A DNA stretch of 64,000 bases from Glycera tridactyla (Eukaryota). The stretch lies in contig OZ286471.1 of assembly GCA_965644265.1 (NCBI GenBank), positions 46,686,001 to 46,750,000 on the forward strand. Direction: 5' to 3'. Made by a program: the position numbers and the translations under genes. Within the stretch, counting starts at the first letter, position 1; every line of letters begins with the position of its first letter. Positions 44,801 through 56,800 of this stretch are shown here, in pieces. The notes under the pieces are model-generated. The model was not told the origin of the DNA. It ran no database searches and saw nothing but the letters and a program-made list of their open reading frames with translations.

Positions 44801-47800
44801 CTATGACTAATTTTATTCTACGTAAAACATAATAAGTAGATCTGAGGGAAACACATTGAGCGTGCGCTTGCACGAGTCTGGACTTACAGTTTGCATGTTC
44901 TAGGATCTAGGTAGCGGTGTGTATGGCAACTAGAGGTTCTCGTTCTCTCCACCAGGTTTGACACGCTCAAAGTGGTGGTCTATGGGGGTGGTGGTCCATG
45001 GTAGTGGTGGTCCATGGTATTGGTGGTGGTCCATGGTGGTGGTGGTTGTGGTGGTGGTGGTGGTGGCCCGTGGTAGTGGTGGTGGTCCATGGTGGTATTG
45101 GTGGTGGTCTATGGTGGTGGTGGTCCATGGTGGTGGGGTCCAAGGTGGTGGTGTTGGTGGTCCATGATTGTCATTATGGTGGTGGGGGGGGGGCATGTTG
45201 GTGGTGATGGTCAATAGTGGTGATGGTGGTGGTCAATGGTGATGGTCCATGGTGTTGGTGGTGGGGTCCATGGTGGTGGTGATCCATGGTGTTGGTGGTG
45301 GTGGTTGTCCATGGTGGTCATGATGGTGGTCCATGGTGGTGGTGGTGATGGTCCATGGTGGTATTGGTGGTGGTCCATGGTGATGGTAGTGGTGGTGGTC
45401 CATGGTGGTGGTGGTGGGATCCATGGTGGTGGTGGTGGTCCATAGTGGTGGCCCATGGTAGTGATGGTGGTCCATGGTGGTGGTGGTGGGGTCCATGATG
45501 GTGGTGGTCCATGGTGATGGTGGTTGTCCATGGTGGTCATGATGGTGGTCCATGGTGGTATTGGTGGTGGTCCATTGTGATGGTAGTGGTGGTGGTTCAT
45601 GGTGGCTGTGGAATCCATGGTGATCGCCCATGGTGGTGGTCCGTGGTGGTGGTTCATGGTGGTATTGGTGGTGGTCCACGGTGATGGTGGTGGTGGGGTT
45701 CACGGTGGTGGTGGTCCATGGTGTTGGTGGTCGATGGTGGTATTGGTGGTGGTGTTCCATGGTGGTGGGGTCCATGGTGGTAATAGTGGTGGTGGTCCAT
45801 GGTGGTGATGGTCCGTGGTGGTGGTGGTTGTCTATGGTGGTCATGATGGTGGTCCATGGTGGTGGTGGTGATGATGGGGTCTATGGTGGTGGTGGTGGTG
45901 GTGATGGTGGTCCATGGTGGTATTGGTGGTGGTCCATGGTTGTGGTGGTCCATCATGGTGGTGGTGGTGGTCCATGGTGGTGTCGGTCCATGGTGGTGGT
46001 GGTGGTGGTCCATCATGGTGGTGGTGGTGGTCCATGGTGGTGTTGATGGTCCATAGTGGTGATGGTGGTGGTGATAGTGGTGGTGGTCCATGGTGGTGGT
46101 GGTGGTGGTTTTCCATGGTGGTCATGATGGTGGTGGTGGTGTTCCATGGTGGTATTGGTGGTGGTCCATGGTGGTGGTGGTGGTGGTGCATGGTGGTGGT
46201 GGTGGTCCATGATGATGGTGGTGGCAGTGATCTATGGTAGTGGTGTTAGTGCATGGTGATGGTGGTCCATGGTGGTGGTGGTGGTCCATGATGGTGGCAT
46301 TGGTGTGGTGATCCATGTTGGTGCTGGTGGGGATCCGTGGCGGTCCATGGTGATGGTGGTCCATGGTCGTGGTTGTATTCTATGTAGTGGTGGTCCCATC
46401 CCCTCATACAACTGGCGTTGCCATTATTATGTCTCGCCCATGAGACAGCCTTGTCTCTTTCGTGATTAACATTTCATGGATGATGATCGATTGCAGATTT
46501 GGTATGTGGCCAGCCCAGGCCGACCACAGCTGGCACAGTGACTACCACAGGACGAGACTGCTTCATTCCCACATATGGTGGCACCGCCATCACAGATTCT
46601 GTCTGCATCTTTCCATTCAGCTACAAAAACGTGGTCTACACAGGTTGCTCCTCAGTTGATAATGGTGGAACCCCGTGGTGTTACACATCTTATAACTACA
46701 AGAATGATCGCATCTGGGGAAACTGCCGAGGTACATGATTGTATACCATGTATCCAAATGAGTCCTTACAAATTATCGGAATCACCAATACCAGTCAGAA
46801 AAGGGGTTCTGAATAGCTCACAGGGGTCTAATGCGGGAGATTTGATATGATACCGGTTTGAATCTTATTTTCTCTACAGACTTTTACAATACCCCATGAA
46901 AATACAGGGGCTGATTTCCTCTCACTTATCCTAATTGGTTTGAGTAGATTCCTCAACCTTATTATCTGAGCCCCGTCTTAGCCGAGCTTGTATTGAGATG
47001 GCTGGTATATACTAATATGGCATTGCTTCCATATTGTAGCATTGGTCTGTGGTCAGCCAAGACCAACAACAGCATCACTAGGAACAACAACAGGACCTGA
47101 TTGTTTCATTCCGGCAGTAGGTGGTACGGCTGTGCAGTCTGTCTGCATCTTTCCTTTCAGCTACAAAGGTGTGACATACACAGGCTGTTCCATCGTGGAT
47201 AATAGTGGATATCCCTGGTGTTATACATCTTACAACTACCAGAATGATCATCTTTGGGGAAACTGCCAAGGTATGAGTTTGAGAACGAAATATTGCCCGG
47301 TATTCGGTACTCATTAGGTCTCTGTGAGCCGAGTATATTTTTCTGATCTTAGATTTTCCATTCATAGCATCAGTAGGAGGTCAAGTTCGCCGTTGTAGGA
47401 CGCAACCCAAACATAACTAGCATTGATGAGCCTTCTCAACAAGGACTTTTTGTTTGATATTATTGTTTCATTTGCCCGGGACAACAGAATCATGTTCCAA
47501 TCACTGTAACGAACTCCATGCCCTTTCTGCTACAATAGCTTAATTGGGTCTCATTACCTCACAGGTGTTTGGTGATTCTTTTAGTATGCCTACACATAAT
47601 GCCACTTGTGATATATCATTCAGATTGTCGTGTATTTCAGATCTGGTGTGTGGGCAGGCAAGTCCTACCACGTGTCCTCCAGAGAACACCACTCAGAGAG
47701 ACTGTCATATCTACAGGGGTACTACCATTATGAACTGAAGATAATGGGGGGGGGGGGGCATGTCTAGGTGCTATACCTCATATAATCATGAGGATGATCA

Positions 47801-50800
47801 TTTGTGGGGCAACTGTGGGCGTGAGTTATTCACCATGCTGGAATTCTGCAAATTGCACCCTTCATTCACGAGACCCATATAAAAGAGATTCCTGCCTCCC
47901 GATATCCCTACTCACGATACATGTTCTTCCTCCTGGTATCTATTCAAATTTCCCATCACCAGACAAATATGGCAAATTCTGTCAGAATGATTATAAATAT
48001 TGATTATATATTGATTGTTTCATAAAAGCTGTGATGAAAATTAATGCTTCATGCTCTTCTGAGATACATGAACTACGTACTTCTCAAGGATCTGCGATCT
48101 TCCGTTCCAATAGCGTTTCTGAATTCTACAGCATTGGCTTCTTGGTCTCGTTGAATGACGATAATACTGTGATGCTTCTTACAGAGTTGGTCTGTGGCCA
48201 GCCACGTCCTGTCACACAGCCTATTGGTACGACGACGAGCTCAGACTGTTGGATACCGACTGTAGGTGGCAGTGCAGTGCAGAACTCAGTCTGTATCTTC
48301 CCCTTCAGTTACCGTGGAGAAACTTATACTGGCTGCTCTACTGTTGACAATGGTGGGGAGCCCTGGTGTTATACCTCCTACAACTACGTAAACGATCGTC
48401 TTTGGGGCAATTGCAGAGGTGATATCACTTTCTATGACATCCATATGGCATTACTCGTGAAACTCGACTGGATTTGATTTTTCGTGATAAATTTTCATAA
48501 CTTTCCATGAACAAGATGTGAGTGGTTGGTATTGTTTGCAATTGCGCTCCCCTTAGATTCACTAATCACCTCCTGGTTACAGATTTGGTTTGTGGCCAGC
48601 CACGGCCTACTACTGTGACCACAGGAACGACGACAAACAGCGGGTGTTGGATCCCAGCAGTAGGTGGCACAGCTGTGCAATCTATCTGCGTATTTCCTTT
48701 CACATACAAAGACGTTGTCTACACAGGATGCTCTACCGTTGACAATAGTGGATATCCTTGGTGTTACACTTCCTATGGCTATATGAATGACCATCTGTGG
48801 GGCAACTGTGGAGGTATGGGCCATGTTCAGTATGTGATGATCAATAAGGCCGAATCATGACCTAAAGGGTTCAGAGGCCCCCAATTTTGTAGAAGGATGT
48901 GTGCTCTTAAATAATAAGACATAATAAAAACAGATTGCATATCCATTTCACGATTGGACGGCCGGAAACGTGCAGTACCAATTTCAGATATGGCCAGCCT
49001 AATTTTTTGAGGAACCACCTCAACCGCTTGAAGTATATTTGTATAACATCGACATTGGTGAATTCGAGGAAGAAAATTATTTTGTGGTTGACACTGACTA
49101 ACAGTTTGGAGCCATTGTTTTTCCATCCATAGATTATTGCATAGAAAGTGACAGATCGTATTGTGGGTGTTTTCTGAATTACTCTTCAGGCTTGGTTTGT
49201 GGCGAGCCTAGACCCACCACACAGCCCCCAGGGACAACCACGGGCATTGACTGTTTCATACCAACAACAGGTGGTACTGCAGGTGGCAATTCTGTCTGCA
49301 TATTCCCATTCTCCTACCGGGGGACCACTCATACAGGCTGCACAACGCTTGATAACAGTAACGTGGCCTGGTGCTACACATCTTATAACTACAAGAATGA
49401 TCACCTGTGGGGAAACTGTGGAGGTATGTTGTTGCGTTCTCCATCCCCACGAAGTCCTATCATTCATCACAATATCCGTGATATTAAAGACTCTTGTACA
49501 TTATTGGCTGTTGAACTCCGAGCTACCAGCCTCATTAAGATTATAGAAGGAATCGGTATAAACCTTATTCAGACTAGCATTCATAATCCTCGACCGTGTT
49601 TAAAGGGTCTGGGCCACGCTCAGGGGTGCCCATCAGAAATAGATAGGGTATTTGTGCACTTTGAACATGATGTGTGTCAAACGTGACAAATATTTGGGAT
49701 TTAATGAGAAATTGGCGAATTTAGCTCCTCACGGGCCATTTTGTGCAACATCTACAGAGCACCTGAAGAGCCGACAGCATTTGCGTCTTTGCCATCATAT
49801 GAACCATCGAGCCAACTTGTGAGTGAAGAATGTATCGAAAGAGCATATCAGGCCAAGACATTGTGTACAGAAAATGGTAAATGCTGTATGGCAAAGATGC
49901 ATGCAATCTTGTATTCTCATAATTGTCATCACGGACGTAGGGTGAATTGTAAACATTCATTAGCTCATCTGGCCGAAGGCTGATGAGCTTGTGCCATTAT
50001 GCATCGTCCGTACTCCATCGTCAGTCGTCGTCAACAGTTCAGACATTGCATCCCCTCCCTCAATTCTCGATGCATTTTGATTCTGATTGGTTTATCGGAC
50101 AGGATCAAGCATTACACACACAACTTTGTCATGTTTTGTATAAAAACCCCTTAATGACTTGGTGATCAGGCTGATTGAGTGATTATGCAAGAACCACTAA
50201 AATCGTATCTTCTCCCACAATTCCCGATGGATTTGATTCTGATTGTTTTATCGGTGAAATATGAGCATTGCCCACAAATCTTGGTCGCGTTTTTCTATAA
50301 TTTTTTTGTCAAGAACTCAGTAATTAGGCTAATTCAGTCACCCCTGATTATGTCTACCCCCTGATGGGGTAGACATATAGAATTCGTATTGTCCGTCTGT
50401 CCGTCTGTCTGTCACAAAACCTTGTGAGCACGATTGCAGCAAAACTACTCATCCGAATTGGATGGAATTTGGAGGGCATATCCCTTGGGATAGTCCAATG
50501 AACTGATTAGATTTTGGTTCATGTGACATAATTTTCAAGATCACCAGAGGCCCAAATTTCACCAAAATTTCACCAAAGAGGTACCAACCTTGATTAAACT
50601 CAGTCTCTATTGTGACCTTCCTGAAATGAACTACTTCTGTTGCCTCTCCATTAATGCTTATGTAAGATTCTTCTGGTCATACAATACTCCTTGGTTATGC
50701 TTCAATGACTTCTCGTTGATTTCATCTCCCCTCTCTCCTCAAACAAAAGTCCAAACNNNNNNNNNNNNNNNNNNNNNNNNNNNNNNNNNNNNNNNNNNNN

Positions 50801-53800
50801 NNNNNNNNNNNNNNNNNNNNNNNNNNNNNNNNNNNNNNNNNNNNNNNNNNNNNNNNNNNNNNNNNNNNNNNNNNNNNNNNNNNNNNNNNNNNNNNNNNNN
50901 NNNNNNNNNNNNNNNTGAATATCCAATGGCTTCTATACTTGGCATATTGGTATATAATTGCTGTTAGTAATTTGACAGTCATACCCCTCCACACTCGCCC
51001 CCTCCCTCCCCCCCCCCGTGTTGGTTCACTGGTGTGTGTGTGTGTGTGCATGTACATGCTCCATGTTGCTATGTGTGATACCCCAAGGCTACCATACTTG
51101 TGATATTGGTATCCAATTGCTATTAGCAATTTGAGAGTTATGACTGCCCCCCCCCCCACCACCCCGCCCCCACCCCCCCCCCCCCCCCACCCCCACCCCC
51201 TGGGTGGGTGAAAGAAATGATGGTTTCCGGACGATAACTTCATGAATTTCAATGCTAGCTGTCTCAAACTTCGTGTACCTCCTTTCCTAGACTATGGATT
51301 TACATCTTGAATTTCAAGGTCACTGAGTGCAAAATGGTTTCCAGACAATAACTTCATGAAATTTTGGGGTAGCCTTCTCAAACTTGGTGTGCAGCCTCTC
51401 ATAGACTATGGCAACACAACCATCAATTCAGTGGCCAGCTTCAATTTCAAGGTCACTTAATGGAAAAAAGGTCAAAAGAGTTTCTGGACAATCACTTCGT
51501 AAATTACAGGGGTGGCTTTGACAAACTTGGTGTACAGACATTCCCAGGCTATGGCAAGATTTTGGGGTTTCCATCTCAGTGTGCATCTATAGGCTGGTGG
51601 TGATACATTGGTATGGTGCCAAAAGGTCAAAGGTCAAGGTCACAGGAGCTATTTTAAGAATTTGAGAATATGGACAAATCTCACTCGGTGAATTGTTCTA
51701 GTTTCCTGGGTCACTGATCAAGACCTGATCAAGAGCTTCCCCTGTCAGCAAGATTCCACTCAAACCCCTGACCCAAATTCAACTTAACTTCTCTGATGCT
51801 TAGGCATATTCTCGAGGACAAATCATACTCATGACTAGGTATACTACGTCATTGGTCACTCAAAGGATAGTTGTCAACCAATAATGTCTAGCTTTTCAGG
51901 GAGCATGCTCACTTGAAGATGAATAAGCAAGCAGGTGAACCCAGGCATGTATGTGGGTAGTGAATAATTACAAAGTCTGGGGGAGACATATTGAGTGAGG
52001 AGGTGCTTCACTAAAATTCTAGTTGGATTTCCAGCCGAAAATTACAAAAATTGTATCTTCTCTCTCATTCCCCAATGGATTTTGATTCCGATGTTTTATT
52101 GGTTAGAACCAACCATTGCACACAGATCCTGTGTGACTTTCTTGTTGATAACTTGGTAATAAGGCTAATTGGGTCATTATCCATGAGTCACTGAAACCGT
52201 AACCCTTCAGTTCTAAATGGATTTTGATTCTGATTGTTCTATTAGTGGGAAAAGAGCATTGGACATAAAACCTTGTCAGGTTTTGTGTGAACTTCTTGTC
52301 AACAACTTTGCAATTGGGCTACTTAGCTCACATTTTTGTACAAGTCTAACTTGCTTAATATTACACATTCTTGAGAGAGGCGAAATTGACAAGACCCATT
52401 CACTCTTGTGTTGAGATCTCTCCATGATGAACCACACTTCTCTTGGCCATGCTTTCATCATTACGTATGATTTTCCAGTGATAGTTACCTATTAATTTCA
52501 TCCTCAATGATATCAACTAGGGAGCAGCTAGCTTTCGAATATTTGGCCAAAATAGAACCCCGCAGGGTGTTCAGTTGCAGCTAACAATCGCTAGCGTTTT
52601 GTAACGGGAACATAGTCCCCATTTGTTTTTTGACATACTCAAGGTAAAGAATATCTGGTAGGGGATCTGGCAAACGTTTTCTCTGTTAGCTCAACTGAAC
52701 AGCCTGCTGGTGTGTCTGTCCTGCTCAATGAGCTGCGTGTATGCGATTTTTTGTGCATTTATGCCTCTAATTGCCGGATTGCTTATGACTAAGGTTATGT
52801 TATTTGTGTAATTCTCATTCACAACTGGGTCCTTTTTCATCTTCGATCGATGTTTATATGCATGTACAGTGAAACCTGCGACTGGAGACCCCCAAATGAG
52901 AGACCACCTCCAACGAGAGACCGCTTTTACAGGGCAGCTTTTCTATTTGACATAGTCAAATGTACCTCAGACGAGAGACAACCTTCTTTGAGAGACCGCT
53001 TTTTGATGGCATTAAGGCCTGTCTCTGGTTGCAGGTTTCATGGTACAGATACAGGGCCAGATGAGCTTTGGTGTCATTGACACCCTGGTTCAGAAATTTG
53101 CGAATGTCAACACTGCCAGTGTGACATGTCAGTAACATACCTTTGCGATAAGAAATACTTGACTCAGCAACAAATATGTGCTTCATGATTTGGTTTGATG
53201 AGACAAGACATATGCTTGTAGTGCTGTATGTGTAAATTAGCTTGTTTGAAGACACCATGTTAACTTGCGTGCGCAGGACCCTTCTCCGTTTTTTCTGACA
53301 GGCCATTGGCTGTGAGATATGTGAATAGTATCACCTAGTATTGAGAATGGGAAAACATGTCAAAGTTTGACAGGCTGCTGTGAAGAAAATGGAGGTCTGA
53401 GCTGAATTCTGTCTTGCTGTCTATATTTGGAATGATGTCAACTTTTCTCATCCGAAGGTCACGATATGAAACATTATGTTGAACGTGGAGCAAATATTCT
53501 ACGCAGTGTCATCAATGACACTGCCCCTGATTATCAGGGCAGAATCCTTGATGTTCACATTGGCCTGGTGATATGGTTGTGGTAAATTGAGTTTTCAACC
53601 TATTTTTGAAATATTTTGCATATAATGAGCATAAGACTTCTAGTTTATATTTTTGCATGTAGCTGCCATGGTTGTCCCTGGCAACCAAGGTCAATGTCAC
53701 ATGAAGGTCAAATCCCCTAATTTTTTTACCTACCATATTTGATGCTAAATATACAGGCTGTTCCACTCATCAGGGAAATGAGCATTAACCTTCAGCATGA

Positions 53801-56800
53801 AACTATGTGGTCAACTTCCACGAAAATCATAGGGCCTTGACACATGGGACAATAGTCTGCGTTAATGTAAGAGAAGTTTCCATGGAAACTTGCAAAAATG
53901 CTGAATTTTGACATATTTCAGCTCACGTGATCGAGAAAACTTCCATCAATAATCTGGGCCCTATGGTTTTCTATTAGGGCCTTGTGGGTTGTATATTAAT
54001 ATGAACTCTAATCTCATGCGGAGGGGCAGGAAGGGCCTGTACAAATTGAAAAAGCGTGATTTTTCACACACTTTTGGTCATTTGTCCTTGGTTACCATAG
54101 CAACCATGGAGCAAAGAACATGAAGGTCTCTCGGAAATATCCTTGTGAGTCATATGATATAATGGCATCATTTTGTCATGCATCTTGTACATATATGTCA
54201 ACTGAGTGGTGAATTTTGATTTCCAGCTTAATTTCAAATGGTTACCATGGCAACCAGTGACTCTGCATTTGGGAGAGCAGTATAGTAACCAGATTCTTCA
54301 GCTGTCGTGTGTACACCACATTGACATATCTTCATGTTATTGATGGCTGGATTGAAAGTACTGTGGTACACAGGCTGACAAGGGCTAAATCTCCATTCAT
54401 GCTATTAATTACACTGCGTATTACGATGCCACTGGCAGATGCATTTTGTCCCATAAATGTATGAAGACGTTTTTTCGGGACCTACCCACATGTCCGAAAA
54501 GAGATCTCAGCATCCTCAAAGTGTGTCCCATTAACCAGATTTCACTTCATCCTGACTTGACGATATTCTCCAACTAATGTTCATTTTCTGTACTGTGGGG
54601 GAAATTGCATTTTTCCCCATTTCCTATCTCACTGACCTGCGATTTGATTAATTGAGTACCATCCTGTTGAGGGGGTGGCAATGCTTGGGTCCTGTAGGGA
54701 TCACATTTTGGTGATATTTTCCAGCATTGGTTTGTGGTCAGCCACGACCAACCACAGCACCGGCAAAAACTACAACAGCCAGTGATTGTTTCATCCCAAC
54801 ACATGGAGGTACCGCAGGTGACTCTGTATGTATCTTCCCGTTCGACTACAGGGGTGTCACATACACTGGCTGCACGACCATGGACAACGATGGTGACCCC
54901 TGGTGCTACACTTCATATGACTATAGTAACGATCATCTCTGGAGTAACTGCTTGGGTAGGCAGTCATTTATCGTTCACCTCATATTTAACATTAAACGTT
55001 CATCATTGTCAAACTTGCGATATCATGGCATATCCAATGACTCACTTTAAAAACTCAAAGAACACACAGAAATTATAGAATTACCAGATCTCACTAACCG
55101 AATTTTGACATAGTTGATGTATTAGCAGGTAGAGAGATTCCTAGGTGTTATGGAGAGGTCTTTTGTACTGTCCAGATCATCAGTGTCCCTAGTGAGTCCT
55201 GAAAAAAATGATTGATTTAGTCTCAAGGAGCACCAATTGCTCTTTTTAGAATTGGTCTGTGGACGACCACGACCTACAACGGTTACCACAGGAACAACCA
55301 CGGGCAGAGATTGTTGGATCCCAACCAATGGGGGTACAGCCATCCAGAGGTCGGTCTGTATCTTCCCCTTCTCCTACAAGGGAGTCACCTACACCAGCTG
55401 CTCCACAGTCGACAATAGTGGCTACCCTTGGTGCTATACTTCCTACAACTACCAGAATGATCATCTTTGGGGGAATTGTGGAGGTATGTTCATGATAAAA
55501 AAAAACAGGATCAAATACATACTTGTCTGTTTTTTGAATGGGTCAGTGGGAGTAAATTTGAAATTTTTAAGGTCTAAATAATTTCATTTCCAAATGTGTA
55601 GAGGATAGGTTCAGAGTCAATCCTGTACTATCATATAGGTCACGCCTCCTCCATCTATACCTTGGGTTCAAGCTTGGAGAGGTCTGCCAGTGACTATAGA
55701 TGCCAAGTTTTTTGAGCAGCACGAGTGAGCCAACAGATAGAAAACATTTCAATGGTATACCATACTGGCCAAACCTGCCTCATGAAAAATTGCTTATCTA
55801 TATCTTGGTGATGATGTATGAGGAAGACGAGATTTATCTTCAATCCTGTAGTGAAATGATGAATGGTGATTTTTATGGTCAAGTACCATCTGTCACTCAT
55901 ACCAAAATTATATTGGAAAGGATCCTATATATCAGTCAGTATGTCAGTCAGTCTGTCAAGTGTCCGCCAGTCAATCAACAATCAGTCAGTCTCTATTGCT
56001 TAGTCATTCATTCATAAGGTCAGTGTGGCTATGTCATGTGACATGGGATGTTCACATATCGACCCAGTGGAAGGTCTCATAGTTAGCCACTACATCATTG
56101 ATCAATACAATAATCCTCTTGTTTCTACCCATATTAGCTGAACTGGCCTTCCCGTTTATTTTACTGATCTTTCAGCTCTGATGACTGGACAGAATTTTGA
56201 TAAACATTAGACTCCTATGTATCATTGATGAATAGTGAAAGAATATGGGTTTCATTGATGTAAAGGGGGTGAAAATGGGGATTCATTGCTGTGAATGTTA
56301 TTGTCTTGATCTGATTCAGCCTTGGTCTGTGGCCAGCCACGACCAACTACAGCACCAACTATCACTACAACAGGAAGAGATTGCTATATCCCAACAATAG
56401 GAGGCAGTGCACAACAGCCATCGGTGTGCATCTTCCCCTTCACTTACAAGAATATCATTTATACGGGTTGTTCCACAGTTGACAATGGTGGCTACCCTTG
56501 GTGTTACACGTCATATGATTATAGGAATGACCATCTTTGGGGAAACTGCCAAGGTGGGTGTTATGTGCTGCTGATTTGTTCTTCATCGCATCAGAGACAT
56601 GAATGATAACGCTATGGAGGGATTTCCCAATGATATGTTAAGAGATCTTGAAAGCCATACTCATGTATTGAGTGTACTGGAAATACATGATATTGATCAA
56701 CAGGAAAAACATGTGGGAAAAGACCTACTGATCAAAACATATTGTCACATCTGAAGATATAATATATTGATAAAAACAGTGGGGAGTGTGAATGACATAT

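Noticed and set aside
44930-46469. His/Pro/Thr-rich ORFs on the minus strand and Val/Gly/Trp-rich ORFs on the plus strand
   Set aside because: They are translations of the GGT/CCAT satellite, open in most frames on both strands, with no splice or codon evidence.
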